Part shown: positions 40,182 to 50,576 of the stretch, in pieces
Numbering within the stretch: position 1 is the first letter of the stretch
How the letters are laid out: every line of letters starts with the position of its first letter
Origin: Syntrophomonas sp. DTU018
GTDB lineage: Bacteria; Bacillota; Syntrophomonadia; Syntrophomonadales; Syntrophomonadaceae
DNA length: 64,000 nt
Assembly (NCBI GenBank): GCA_001513155.1
Contig: LFSR01000042.1
Span: forward strand, 16,961-80,960
Direction of reading: 5' to 3'
Notes under the pieces: model-generated
The model's input: only the letters and a program-made list of their open reading frames with translations
Told to the model about the DNA's origin: nothing
Databases searched by the model: none
Program-made: the position numbers and the translations under genes

Positions 40182-40274
40182 TTATTCCTGGTCCCGGTCC
40201 TGGGAATCATCAAGGTAATCCAGATGTTCCAGGCCAATATCCCTCAGGATCTCATCAATCAAATTCTTATCCAT
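40182..40274 (-). CDS. Possible 30-aa acidic small protein (MDKNLIDEILRDIGLEHLDYLDDSQDRDQE)
   Basis: ATG preceded by GGGGGA 6 nt upstream and ends next to the bidirectional terminator. Below the ORF-track cut-off; no homology evidence. Confidence 0.3.
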   Translation of the reverse strand: MDKNLIDEILRDIGLEHLDYLDDSQDRDQE

Positions 40275-40402
40275 ATACCATCCCCCTTTCAATCTCCTCT
40301 CTATAATTTTTATTTTCTGAATTTTAGACGCACACAAATCCAATAAGTTCTATGTTTTTTATTGCCACACCAGTATATAAAACCCATATTGTTAATATTA
40401 TC

Positions 40403-41974
40403 TTAATTTTCTGATTTCTTGTCAACTGCCGATTCTTCCTGGGAAAGGGCAGCCTGAGCAATGGTTTCTTCCTGGTCAACAGCTGTAACCGCAGTTAAAC
40501 TGCGCAGGGACTTTTCAACCTCGCCTATTTGGTCTATATCAGCGCTGCTGGAGGCCCCCAGTTCTTTAAATCTCCGGGCAGCTACCAGAACGCGGCTCTC
40601 ATAAGACCCCACCGCCTTATTATATGCCTCAACCGCCTTTTCCAGACCTTTGCGCATTTCCTGGAAATGATCGGTCATAACCTTGATACGCTCGTAAAGA
40701 GTTCGCCCTAAATCGCTTATCATTTCTGCATTCTTGGCAATGATCTGTTCTCTCCAGCCATAAGCTACCGCCCGTAACAGGGCAATCAGGGTGGTAGGCG
40801 TCGCTACAATAACCCGCTGTTCTGCGCCATACTCAATTAGAGTGGGGTCCTGTTCCAGGGCAGCGCTGAAAAAGGCTTCTCCCGGCAGGAACAATACCAC
40901 AAATTCAGGAGTCGTCTTAAATTGTTTCCAGTAATTCTTACTGGCCAATTGGGTAATATGGGAGCGTATTTGCCGAGCATGTTCTGCCAATTTAGCTTTC
41001 CGCTGCTCCTCGTCAGCAGCTTCCAGGGATTCCAGATAAGCCTGCAGAGGTGTTTTAGAATCTACCACCACTTGTTTGTTGTTAGGCAGGTGTACCAGCA
41101 TATCGGGACGCAGGCGGCCTTCTTCCGTGTCAACGGTTTCCTGCTGGGTAAAATCACAGTATTCTACCATACCGGCAATTTCCACTACCCGCTTAAGCTG
41201 AATTTCACCCCAGCGTCCGCGAACACTGGGAGCCCGTAAGGCTTTAACCAAATTGGCAGTTTCGGATTGCAGCTGATTCTGGGTATTAGCTAAGGCTTTA
41301 AGCTGTTCAGTCAGGCTGCCATAAGCTGTATTCCGTTCCTTCTCAATGTTCCGGATCTGCTCATCCACTTTTTGCAGGGATTCCCGTAAGGGTTCTACCA
41401 ACTGGGCAATGGCTTTCTGCCGCATTTCCAGATCACTTTGGGCTCCCTGCTGATATTTCTCCAGGGTTGTACGAGCCAGGTCCAGAAAAGACTGGTTGTT
41501 CTGCTGCAGAGCTTCAGCCGACAGGGCTCTGAAAGTATCGGCCAGTTTGGTTTGGGCTTCATTCAGCAATTCCATTTTTTCTTGCAGGGCTTTTTGTTCT
41601 GAAGCCAGGCGAGTTTCCAGTTCCGCAATATGGGCTTGCTGGCTGGCGTTACTTTCCGCTAATCTCGCCCCTTCTTCAAGCAAGCGGGCTATTTCCTCTT
41701 TTAAGGCAGGAATTTGTTCATTTTTCTCTTCTGCTGCAGCGCGCCTTTGCTGTTCTTGTTCCAACTGAGAACGCAGCTGGGTTATCTCCTGCATTAACTC
41801 ACTATTTTTCAGCTTTTCCTGTTCCAAGGCTTCGTCTTTATGCCGCAATCGTTCTTCCAGGGCGAGTTTTTCAGCTGCAACTTGATACTGCGCTCTGTCA
41901 AAACGAGCTTTCACCATTACAATTGCCAATACAGCTACCAACACCACAGCAGCAAGTACCAAGGGTGATTCCAT
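40403..41974 (-). CDS. rmuC: DNA recombination protein RmuC
   Basis: N-terminal TM, long coiled-coil, and a C-terminal RmuC nuclease-like domain ([19 protein letters not shown]). Confidence 0.9.
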   Translation of the reverse strand: MESPLVLAAVVLVAVLAIVMVKARFDRAQYQVAAEKLALEERLRHKDEALEQEKLKNSELMQEITQLRSQLEQEQQRRAAAEEKNEQIPALKEEIARLLEEGARLAESNASQQAHIAELETRLASEQKALQEKMELLNEAQTKLADTFRALSAEALQQNNQSFLDLARTTLEKYQQGAQSDLEMRQKAIAQLVEPLRESLQKVDEQIRNIEKERNTAYGSLTEQLKALANTQNQLQSETANLVKALRAPSVRGRWGEIQLKRVVEIAGMVEYCDFTQQETVDTEEGRLRPDMLVHLPNNKQVVVDSKTPLQAYLESLEAADEEQRKAKLAEHARQIRSHITQLASKNYWKQFKTTPEFVVLFLPGEAFFSAALEQDPTLIEYGAEQRVIVATPTTLIALLRAVAYGWREQIIAKNAEMISDLGRTLYERIKVMTDHFQEMRKGLEKAVEAYNKAVGSYESRVLVAARRFKELGASSSADIDQIGEVEKSLRSLTAVTAVDQEETIAQAALSQEESAVDKKSEN

Positions 41975-42397
41975 CTATGTAACCTCCGTATAACTCTTAT
42001 TTATTTAAACAATTCTCGACTAACCTCTTTATTCCTTGCCCGAAAATTGAGGAATTATTTTAATAATTGGGATTAGTTTTTCTTTAATAAGGTAATCTAG
42101 GTATCGTCCTGGCAAAGCAAGCAATATTGGGATGTGCACGCGTATAAAGGCAGGTTATCTCCGCCATAAAGGAACTCATTGCCAGTTTCTATTGAACCGG
42201 TTTGTGAAAGGTATTACAATCACATTAAAGAAACGCACCGGTTAAAGGGGATGAGGCCAGTCAATATGAATCGTTTAGACTCAGTCTACTTAGAGCGGTT
42301 ACACATATTGACTCCCCAGAAGAAGGATACTATTCAGAGAACGGAATTAAAATGAAACACAGCCGACAAGACTATGGACAGAAAGTGGGGGATGTAT

Positions 42398-42640
42398 ATG
42401 TTGAGCAGAGATGGAGTTATAATCCGATTCATGCTGGCATTTACTTGCTTCTTCCTATCGGGTACGGGTATACTGACCGGAGGCCTGGCTACCTTGAGCG
42501 GAGTTTTTGGAGTTGTTGAACTGGCTACAGGATTGCTGCGTTACTCACCGTTGCAAGAACTTTACGACATAGCTAAGGAAAACATTACCCACAAGCTAGA
42601 GCACAGTACAAGTTATCACCCCGCGCTCAAGCACAGGTAA
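42398..42640 (+). CDS. DUF2892 (YgaP-like) small membrane protein
   Basis: Two TM helices with a GLLRYSPLQELY tail resembling DUF2892; start ATG 42398. Confidence 0.5.
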   Translation: MLSRDGVIIRFMLAFTCFFLSGTGILTGGLATLSGVFGVVELATGLLRYSPLQELYDIAKENITHKLEHSTSYHPALKHR

Positions 42641-42682
42641 CTCCAAATCCTCGAAATAGGCCTGTCCGTCCACAGGCCTATT

Positions 42683-43072
42683 TCATTTTCTGCTCTTAAT
42701 CCAATCCCCTTCTACCAGATAATAAGTCTCAAACCTATTATCAGGCAATTTAACATTATCCCACTGGTCCTGAATCCTGTAAGCAAGCTGGCCTGTTTCA
42801 CTGCGGTAAATCCTATATACTGTAGTCACAGGCTGATCCGCAACTTGTTTTCCCACATAGAATAGGTCTCCGCTGGTCCCGCTGAATTTAGCCGGGAAGC
42901 TTACCCAGGTTTCACCTGATTCTTCTTCCTGAAAGTCCTTTAATATCTCTTCCCGGGTGATTCCCGGCAGATTACTCTGCTGGGTACTATCAACATAATT
43001 AAGAACCAAAAACGCTATCAACGCGATAGCTACAATGTACAGAATGCGCCGCACTTGCAAATGTTTGTTCAC
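42683..43072 (-). CDS. Hypothetical membrane-anchored protein
   Basis: Single N-terminal TM helix; no recognisable motifs. Confidence 0.5.
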   Translation of the reverse strand: MNKHLQVRRILYIVAIALIAFLVLNYVDSTQQSNLPGITREEILKDFQEEESGETWVSFPAKFSGTSGDLFYVGKQVADQPVTTVYRIYRSETGQLAYRIQDQWDNVKLPDNRFETYYLVEGDWIKSRK

Positions 43073-43078
43073 CTCGAA

Positions 43079-44008
43079 TTATATCCTGAACCATTGCCCT
43101 TCACCAGTTTCAGCAATCAATCCTTGTTTTTTTAAGCGCTGCAGGTGCTTGCGAAGCATCATCCTGCTCCAAAACTCCGTGTATTCCGTCTTGGATGGAT
43201 GATTATTCACAAAGGGCTGGCTGGCTATTTCCATAAAAGATCGGGGCTGAGTCAAATATTCCAGTATATTATGCTCTTTCTGCAGGGCAATATCAAGATA
43301 ATCCAGAAATAGGCCGGGTATGTCATCTTCTCCCTGGTAAAACAAGCGCCGGTGAGATGTAGATAAAATTGAGGGTTTAATTTCCGCTAATCTTCGAATT
43401 GACAGCTCAAACTGGTCGAAATCCGAATTCTCTGCGCCATACCAGGGGCCGTAAGGAGACAGGTCTATATCAGCCGAGAATAGTATATTGCTGCGCTCCA
43501 GCCAAAAGGAGCAATGTCCATGGGAATGACCGGGAGTATGCAGGGCAATGATTCGTTCCCGTCCCGTATCCCACTGGCTGCCTTCATCAATTAGGCCCCA
43601 TAATTTTATGGGTATAAAGCCAGGCCGAACAGGTACGTCCGGGGGCATAACTTCAGTATCGGCCAATCTTTTGGTGCGAGGTTTTCCCATCAGTTTTTCC
43701 CAATGTTCAAAACCATTATAGGAAGCATGAATAATTGGGTCTCCATAACCAGGTGCTTCCTCACGGGAGGCCCAAACCTGAGCATTAGGAAAGAAACTCA
43801 CCCCATGAATATGGTCATAGTGGTTGTGACTCAGCAGAATGATATCTACTGGTTCCTTAAGCTGGCTGAAAGCATTACCGCCTGCTCCTGCATCAATTAA
43901 TACCGATGGGTCCCCCTTTATAAACAGAGAGTTGCTGTATGGGAAAACCGCCTTTCCATCTGGGCGAATCAACTGAACATGGTCGTTAATAGAAATGATC
44001 ACAGGCAC
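43079..44008 (-). CDS. MBL-fold metallo-hydrolase with C-terminal winged-helix-like tail
   Basis: HNHYDH (HxHxDH) motif, plus downstream H and D ligands. Confidence 0.8.
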   Translation of the reverse strand: MPVIISINDHVQLIRPDGKAVFPYSNSLFIKGDPSVLIDAGAGGNAFSQLKEPVDIILLSHNHYDHIHGVSFFPNAQVWASREEAPGYGDPIIHASYNGFEHWEKLMGKPRTKRLADTEVMPPDVPVRPGFIPIKLWGLIDEGSQWDTGRERIIALHTPGHSHGHCSFWLERSNILFSADIDLSPYGPWYGAENSDFDQFELSIRRLAEIKPSILSTSHRRLFYQGEDDIPGLFLDYLDIALQKEHNILEYLTQPRSFMEIASQPFVNNHPSKTEYTEFWSRMMLRKHLQRLKKQGLIAETGEGQWFRI

Positions 44009-44107
44009 ACGTCCTCAGGAATTTAATAAATTGATATCAATTAATATGCTACCATTAGGCCAGAAAAGAATGAAGCCCGGGCATAAACCCGGGCAAAATT
44101 ACGTAAC

Positions 44108-44515
44108 TTACTCCAGTTTGTCCAGCATTTCCATAACCATATCGAAGAAGTAAGTAATATCGTCTTTATCGCTGATGCCTGCCTTAAAGCCTATCTCTGG
44201 GAAACGGCCGTTGCCGCTGATTCTGACATTCACTGTGTACTGGGCTTGATCCATTTCCTCTTCCAGCCGATCTACATCAATATCGTCCCAATCTTCTTCA
44301 AAACCCATTACGTCTCTGGCAAGGTCTGCACTGTCACCCGCCTGTTCATCAAGATGGGTTTCTTGGTTATCTATAATCTGGGATACTATCCACATAACAT
44401 CTGCGGCACTCATATCCAGTTCTTCGCTTAGCTGTATGATTTCATTGGCCACTGGGGTTATTTTCAGTAGGTCGGATAAGTTAACCGGATCTCCCTTGCC
44501 CCATCTCTTCTTCAT
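44108..44515 (-). CDS. Hypothetical acidic protein
   Basis: ATG 44515 is preceded by GGAGGTG. Asp/Glu-rich; no recognisable family. Confidence 0.5.
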   Translation of the reverse strand: MKKRWGKGDPVNLSDLLKITPVANEIIQLSEELDMSAADVMWIVSQIIDNQETHLDEQAGDSADLARDVMGFEEDWDDIDVDRLEEEMDQAQYTVNVRISGNGRFPEIGFKAGISDKDDITYFFDMVMEMLDKLE

Positions 44516-44820
44516 ACGATCACCTCCGCATCTGCTTACCCCCATAGAGCGCCACTATCAGGTTTTTGATAATGGTTTCTATAGGTAAAGCTAAATCCTG
44601 CAACTATAATTCCCAGTCATTTCATTGTACTCTTCCTAATTTGATTATATGTGAAGCAACTGAGAAAAAACAATGAAATTACTGGCTTCTCAACTGCTAT
44701 TATTCAAGTAAGTTTTTCCAAAACCGGCGAATATTTATGTACCTTAAACACTAACTGGAATGAAATTATAACACGAACCTATTTACCCCGCAATGTTAAC
44801 CCTGAATTTTAGGATACATC

Positions 44821-45111
44821 TTAGTTAGAAGGGTTATTCATTTGTTCCCGGCGTTCTCGTCTAACCCTTTCCACTTCCGGTTTTACTAATTTACGCAGTT
44901 CCCGCATATTATCTTTCAGAAAAGCTTCCAGTTCTTCAGTTTTTAAGCTTGCCTCATGACGCCCCAGCCTGATACTGAGGCAATCGTCGGCTTGGAGATA
45001 AAAAATAAAATCAGCCTTGGCCAGCTGCTGGTCACCTATTTCAAAAATTGCATCGCCATTAGCCTTATTGCGATCAGTCAGACGGAAATTTTCAATGCCC
45101 AAGAACTTCAT
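44821..45111 (-). CDS. Hypothetical protein (96 aa, basic C-terminus)
   Basis: ORF only; no recognisable family. Confidence 0.4.
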   Translation of the reverse strand: MKFLGIENFRLTDRNKANGDAIFEIGDQQLAKADFIFYLQADDCLSIRLGRHEASLKTEELEAFLKDNMRELRKLVKPEVERVRRERREQMNNPSN

Positions 45112-45675
45112 AGCTTAACCCCTCCTATCATCATCCCTCAGCCTGTAATCATTGTATCATTTAATAATCCATCTATGATTTTAATCTTATAAAATAAAAG
45201 ACCAGATCAAACAAACCTGGTCTAATCCCGCTATTCAATTAGACACATTTTCCATCCTGCGTAACTAATACCTTTATTTATACCAATAGCCCAGGTACTG
45301 GAAATCCTGCGGCTATTTTAGCTTCCCATATTCATGCTTACAAGTCAAGTCCTTTTATGAAAAAGGCAGCTTTTTTATGCTGCAGCTAAAAATTTTTACA
45401 ATCAATATTACGCGCCTTTAATTATACATATTTCAATATTTTTGGTCGGTTTGCTTTTTGGTCACATCCTACTAGTATAATTTCTATAACTAAATACTCA
45501 TAGCTAGCCGAGACCCTGTTTTGTCCTAGCATGTGGCACTGGGTCTTCGTGTTTGATGCAGCTTGAAAGGAGGTAGAGAGAAGATATTTAATTAGCCCGG
45601 GACATATTATTATCCAGCTTCCTGGTTGGGAGGCCATTTTGAACCTATTTTGGGGGAAGGACGTGAACTAGTAGA

Positions 45676-48120
45676 ATGAAACTTAGGCTTAAAACAAGAG
45701 TAACACAAACCCTGCTGGGCAGTTTACTCAGCCTACCGATGATTTTATTGGCACCGGCAATGGCTTTGGCAAGCGAAGCCGATTTGGCTGTTCCGGCTTT
45801 AAATGAAGCACAAAACAATCTTCTTCTTGTCGGTATTTTAGTATGTGTTCTGGGAATGGTTTTTGGATTGTTTCAATTTCTCAAGGTTAAAAAACTGCCT
45901 GCCCACCAATCGATGCTGGACGTAGCCAACACTATTTATGAAACCTGCAAAACATACCTTATTCAACAAGGCAAATTCCTGCTGGTACTTTTTGCCTTCA
46001 TCGGTATATGTATCGCTTTCTATTTTGGGTACTTGGATCGTATGCCTGTCAGCAAGGTTCTGATAATACTGGGCTGGACAGTCATCGGTATACTTGGTTC
46101 ATATAGCGTCGCCTGGTATGGCATACGCATGAATACCCTGGCTAACAGCCGTACTGCCTTTGCAGGACTGCAAAGAACACCTCTGAAGGTGTTGAACATA
46201 GCCCTGGATGCCGGTATGAGCATCGGTGTGCTGCTGGTAAGCGTGGAATTGATCATGATGCTGATTATCCTCCTGTTTATTCCCCGCGACATCGCCGGAG
46301 CCTGTTTTATTGGGTTTGCTATTGGTGAATCGTTAGGAGCCAGTGCCCTGCGTATTGCTGGTGGTATCTTTACCAAAATTGCTGATATAGGATCCGACCT
46401 GATGAAAATCGTCTTCGGCATCAAAGAAGACGATCCCCGCAACCCTGGGGTTATTGCCGACTGCACCGGAGACAATGCCGGTGACAGTGTTGGTCCCACC
46501 GCAGACGGTTTCGAAACCTACGGCGTTACTGGCGTGGCTCTGGTAACCTTTATTGTATTGGGCGTACACGATGTAGCCCTGCAAATGTCCCTGCTTACCT
46601 GGATTTTCGTTATGCGTGTTTTGATGGTTATCACTTCTATTGGCGCTTTCTATATTAACGGTCTCATCAGCAAAGCCAGATTTGGCAGCAAGGAAGACCT
46701 TGATTTTGAACAGGTATTGACCAACCTGGTTTGGACTACTTCTATTCTGTCCATCGCAGTTACTTTCGTAGTTAGCTACTATTTACTGGGCCCCGGTTCC
46801 GGTGTTCAAACCGCGCTGACCGGTTTATGGTTTGTCCTGGCTACTATTATCAGTATCGGAACTCTCGGTGCTGCATTAATACCTGAATTCACCAAGATCT
46901 TCACCAGTCCCAAATCCACCCATGTAGGCGAAGTAGTGAAAGCTTCCCGGGAAGGCGGACCTTCCCTGAACATTCTCTCCGGATTGGTAGCTGGTAACTT
47001 CAGCGCCTTCTGGATTGGCCTGTTATTCTTAGGCTTAATGTTCGGGGCTTATTATGCCAGTGGTTTTGGCCTGGGCGAGATCATGATTTATCCTTCTATC
47101 TTCGCTTTTGGTCTGGTGGCTTTTGGTATGCTGGGTATGGGGCCGGTTACTATAGCCGTTGACAGTTACGGTCCGGTTACAGATAATGCCCAGTCTATTT
47201 ATGAGCTGTCTCTCATTGAGCAAATTCCCAACATTGACAAAAAGATTGAAAAGGAATTCGGCTTCAAACCTGATTTTGACAAAGCCAAATATTACCTGGA
47301 AGCTAACGACGGAGCCGGCAATACCTTTAAAGCCACAGCCAAACCGGTGTTAATCGGAACTGCGGTGGTAGGTGCTACTACCATGATCTTCTCCCTGATT
47401 CTGGTTATCCAGAATGTCCTGGGAGTTCAACCGGAAGAAATCCTCAACCTGCTGAATCCATACACCATTCTTGGTTTTATCTGCGGCGGTGCCGTAATCT
47501 TCTGGTTCACCGGCGCATCCACTCAGGCAGTTACTACTGGTGCATACCGGGCAGTAGCATATATCAAACGCAATATTCAGCTGGATGACAACGCCAGTCA
47601 GAAAGCAGCTACGGAAAAATCAAAAGAAGTGGTAAAAATCTGTACTCAATATGCCCAGAACGGTATGTTCAATATATTCATTGCCATCTTCTCTTTTGCT
47701 CTGGCCTTTGCCTGCCTGGCTGCTCCAGCCGTCTCCAACGATCCGGTAGCACTGTTTGTGTCCTATCTGATCTCCATCGCCGTATTTGGTCTGTTCCAGG
47801 CGGTATTCATGGCCAATGCCGGCGGATGCTGGGACAACTCCAAGAAAGTGGTGGAAGTTGACCTGCAGGAAAAAGGAACTGAGCTCCATGATGCTACAGT
47901 AGTCGGAGATACAGTGGGTGATCCCTTCAAAGACACTTCCTCGGTATCTCTGAACCCGATCATCAAGTTTACAACCCTGTTCGGTTTGCTGGCTATGGAA
48001 ATCGCTATCTCCGAAGCCTTCCGCGTGGTTGCTCCCAAGGTGGGTATTGTCTTCCTGGTGATAGCTCTGATATTCGTATGGCGTTCATTCTATGGCATGA
48101 AAATCCAAGTGGAAGGTTAA
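45676..48120 (+). CDS. hppA: Membrane-bound pyrophosphatase, long form, K+-independent signature
   Basis: DNAGD, GDTVGDPFKDT and GNTFKATAK (Lys at the A/K switch position). 814 aa with a signal-like N-terminal extension. Confidence 0.9.
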   Translation: MKLRLKTRVTQTLLGSLLSLPMILLAPAMALASEADLAVPALNEAQNNLLLVGILVCVLGMVFGLFQFLKVKKLPAHQSMLDVANTIYETCKTYLIQQGKFLLVLFAFIGICIAFYFGYLDRMPVSKVLIILGWTVIGILGSYSVAWYGIRMNTLANSRTAFAGLQRTPLKVLNIALDAGMSIGVLLVSVELIMMLIILLFIPRDIAGACFIGFAIGESLGASALRIAGGIFTKIADIGSDLMKIVFGIKEDDPRNPGVIADCTGDNAGDSVGPTADGFETYGVTGVALVTFIVLGVHDVALQMSLLTWIFVMRVLMVITSIGAFYINGLISKARFGSKEDLDFEQVLTNLVWTTSILSIAVTFVVSYYLLGPGSGVQTALTGLWFVLATIISIGTLGAALIPEFTKIFTSPKSTHVGEVVKASREGGPSLNILSGLVAGNFSAFWIGLLFLGLMFGAYYASGFGLGEIMIYPSIFAFGLVAFGMLGMGPVTIAVDSYGPVTDNAQSIYELSLIEQIPNIDKKIEKEFGFKPDFDKAKYYLEANDGAGNTFKATAKPVLIGTAVVGATTMIFSLILVIQNVLGVQPEEILNLLNPYTILGFICGGAVIFWFTGASTQAVTTGAYRAVAYIKRNIQLDDNASQKAATEKSKEVVKICTQYAQNGMFNIFIAIFSFALAFACLAAPAVSNDPVALFVSYLISIAVFGLFQAVFMANAGGCWDNSKKVVEVDLQEKGTELHDATVVGDTVGDPFKDTSSVSLNPIIKFTTLFGLLAMEIAISEAFRVVAPKVGIVFLVIALIFVWRSFYGMKIQVEG

Positions 48121-48184
48121 TCCTTCCACTTGATTTTGCTTGCATTGTTAACGCGGGTATTACTGCAGGCTGATGAAAACTGCA

Positions 48185-48277
48185 AAGATCGTTCAAAGCG
48201 CTAGCGATCTTCATATGAGATTGCCACGCCTTTATCGCTCCTGTTAAGTGGGAGCTTTGATAAAGGCGTGGCAATCT
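48185..48277. repeat. Two hairpins derived from the repeat family between convergent genes
   Basis: The first is AAGATCGTT-N9-AGCGATCTT (48185-48211). The second is a perfect 19-bp stem, AGATTGCCACGCCTTTATC ... GATAAAGGCGTGGCAATCT (48218-48277), with an inner GCTCC/GGAGC stem. It is followed by GTTATTTTA. Confidence 0.8.
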
Positions 48278-48283
48278 GTTATT

Positions 48284-48490
48284 TTAATCCAGTTCATTTA
48301 CATCAGCATTTAGCCCTGGACTGGGTATTCCACCTCCAGGCTGAGCAATTACATAATAGCCAGGATACTCTCCAGCTTCGATCTTTTGAATAAATTCCCC
48401 CCGACTCATCTCCATACCTGTCCGCAGGTCAAACCATCGCTCCTGATCTTCCGGCTGAAGCTGATTTATGGTCTGTTCATTATTTTGCAC
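48284..48490 (-). CDS. Hypothetical small protein (68 aa from GTG 48490)
   Basis: GGAGGG lies 6 nt upstream of GTG. The tracked N-terminal extension overlaps the SRAP gene start region. Confidence 0.45.
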   Translation of the reverse strand: MQNNEQTINQLQPEDQERWFDLRTGMEMSRGEFIQKIEAGEYPGYYVIAQPGGGIPSPGLNADVNELD

Positions 48491-48593
48491 ATAGGTCCCT
48501 CCTGCCTCATTTGTTTTAGTATGCCTGAGTCCAGCCGAACTAATACCCTTACCCGGACATATGCTACAATAAAGCCAGTGAGGTGAAATCAGC

Positions 48594-49268
48594 ATGTGCG
48601 GCCGCTATACCATCACCGTGGATGCGGACAGCATTGCCTGGCGTTTTGGCGCCGAGCGTCCTGAATTTGAATTTGAGCCAGTTTATAATGCTGCGCCTAC
48701 CCAGTCTTTGCCTGTAATCATTGAAACCGAAAGCCAGCGGCAGGTGGTGATGATGCGCTGGGGTCTTATTCCTTTCTGGTCCAAAGACATGTCTATAGGT
48801 AATAAGCTTATCAATGCCCGGGTGGAAACTGTTCATCAAAAACCGGCTTTTAAGAAAGCCTTTTACCAGAGCAGGTGCCTGATTCCGGCAGACGGATACT
48901 ATGAATGGCTCAAGGTTAACGGCCGCAAGCAACCTATGCGCATTATATCCACCCAGCAAAACATTTTCAGCTTTGCAGGTATTTGGGACAGGTGGGTCAG
49001 CCCAGAGGGAACAGCCATACACTCCTTCAGCATTTTGACTACCCCCCCGGTTGATTCCATCAGGCATATACATAATCGTATGCCCTTAATATTGCCCCTG
49101 GATCAGGAAGATGACTGGTTAAAGGGGCCTCCAGAGTGGTCCCCCCAGGCAGTTCAGCATTTTTTGAGCAGCATTATACCCTTTTCAGCCTTAAAGGCCT
49201 ATTCTGTATCTACCAGGGTAAACAACCCCCAGATAAATGACCCGTCCCTTATCACTGCTGTTGAATGA
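48594..49268 (+). CDS. SOS response-associated peptidase (SRAP/YedK family)
   Basis: N-terminal MCGRY catalytic Cys2 and a conserved RMPLIL region. Confidence 0.9.
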   Translation: MCGRYTITVDADSIAWRFGAERPEFEFEPVYNAAPTQSLPVIIETESQRQVVMMRWGLIPFWSKDMSIGNKLINARVETVHQKPAFKKAFYQSRCLIPADGYYEWLKVNGRKQPMRIISTQQNIFSFAGIWDRWVSPEGTAIHSFSILTTPPVDSIRHIHNRMPLILPLDQEDDWLKGPPEWSPQAVQHFLSSIIPFSALKAYSVSTRVNNPQINDPSLITAVE

Positions 49269-49276
49269 AAGGCTTT

Positions 49277-50575
49277 TTATAACAAGTGCAGCTTACGAGC
49301 ATGGAAAGTCAACTCGTCCCGGAAGTCCGGATGAGCAATAGCGATTAGCCTTTTAGCCCTTTCTCTTATGGACTGGCCTTTTAATCTTGCTACCCCGTAT
49401 TCGGTTATTACGCAATCCACATCATGCCGGGGAGTGGTAACGATTGCTCCCGGTTTCAACTGCCAGGTAATCCGGGAAACCGGTCCTTCCGGGGTGTTGG
49501 CCAAGGATTCAAAAGCTATAATGGACCGCCCGCCTTTAGATCGATACGCTCCATTTACAAAATCCAGCTGACCACCGGGATGAGTATACTGGAGATGACC
49601 AATGGACTCTGAGCATACCTGCCCGGTCAGATCCACTTCCAATGCCCCATTAATAGAAATCATGTTATCGTTTAGCCCGATTATATAAGGATCATTAACC
49701 CATTCCACCCCGCGGAACTCAATGCCCCGGTTTTCATTGATCCAGTCATACAGCTTCTGTGATCCCAAAGCAAAGGTAACAACAGAGCGATCCGGCAGCA
49801 ACGTCTTTTTCCGATTGGTTATCACCCCCTGTTCCCACAAATAGTGCATAGTATCACAGGCCATCTCCTAGTGAACTCCCAGATCCTTCTTGTTTATAAG
49901 TGCGGTAGCAGCAGCATTGGGTATTCCGCCAATTCCCAATTGAATAGTTGCCCCGTCAGGAACAAATTCCGCACAATATTGGCCTATGATCTTTTCATTT
50001 TCATTAGGAGGAATTTCCGGCAGCTTGAACAATTCCTGCTCAGCCTCCACAATGGCGTCCACCTGAGATATGTGCACGAAATTCTCACCATGGCTGCGGG
50101 GCACAGTACTGCTCACCTGTACCAGAACTCTGTCCGCCAGCCGCATAGCTGCCAAACCATAATCTGCTCCCAATCCCATGCAAAAATAGCCGTGTTCATC
50201 CATGGGGGCCACCAGGTGCATAGTAGTTGCTACTTTTCGTTCCCTAAAGATTCTAGCTGCGTCACCAAATCTTACCGGGGTGTAATAAAATTTGCCTTCT
50301 TGTATATCACGGCGGTGAATAATAGGATAGCCTAAATCTACCTTCAGACCTGACTCAGGATGAATGTTTTTGATGTCTGTATCATAGAGGTCCACCACAT
50401 AAAACAATTCCACATCCTGAATTTCATCCTGGCGCCTAACCAGAGCATTCACCAGAGCAACAGGATGCCCAACTGCTACGTTGGTGAGCACAATAGAATG
50501 GTCTGGGATCAGTTTCACCGCCTCATCTGCAGACATGAGCTTTTGGCGATACATCTCTTTGTATTTGTTATTCAT
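49277..50575 (-). pseudogene. Acetyl-CoA hydrolase/transferase-family (4-hydroxybutyrate CoA-transferase-like) gene interrupted by one in-frame TAG
   Basis: ORFs 49868-50575 and 49277-49864 are in the same frame. ...KKDLGVH-TAG-EMACDTMHYLWEQGVITNRKK aligns with KKDLGLH-T-EMFGDGAMWLHEQGVITNRKK of the intact paralog at 51768-53063. Confidence 0.75.
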
Positions 50576-50576
50576 T

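Noticed and set aside
42283-42315. AGACTCAGTCTACTTAGAGCGGTTACAC resembling the element left end (AGACT..AGTCTATTAGCGGTTCGAC)
   Set aside because: It is a short partial match with no adjoining core unit or flanking hairpin. It also overlaps a possible 29-codon ORF, so it cannot be distinguished from chance here.
49868-49870. Pyrrolysine or other recoding of the in-frame TAG
   Set aside because: TAG terminates neighbouring ordinary genes (U32 peptidase, DUF421 protein). The paralog has Thr at this position, and no pyl genes or methylamine methyltransferases are in the window. It is kept only as a low-probability alternative in the finding.
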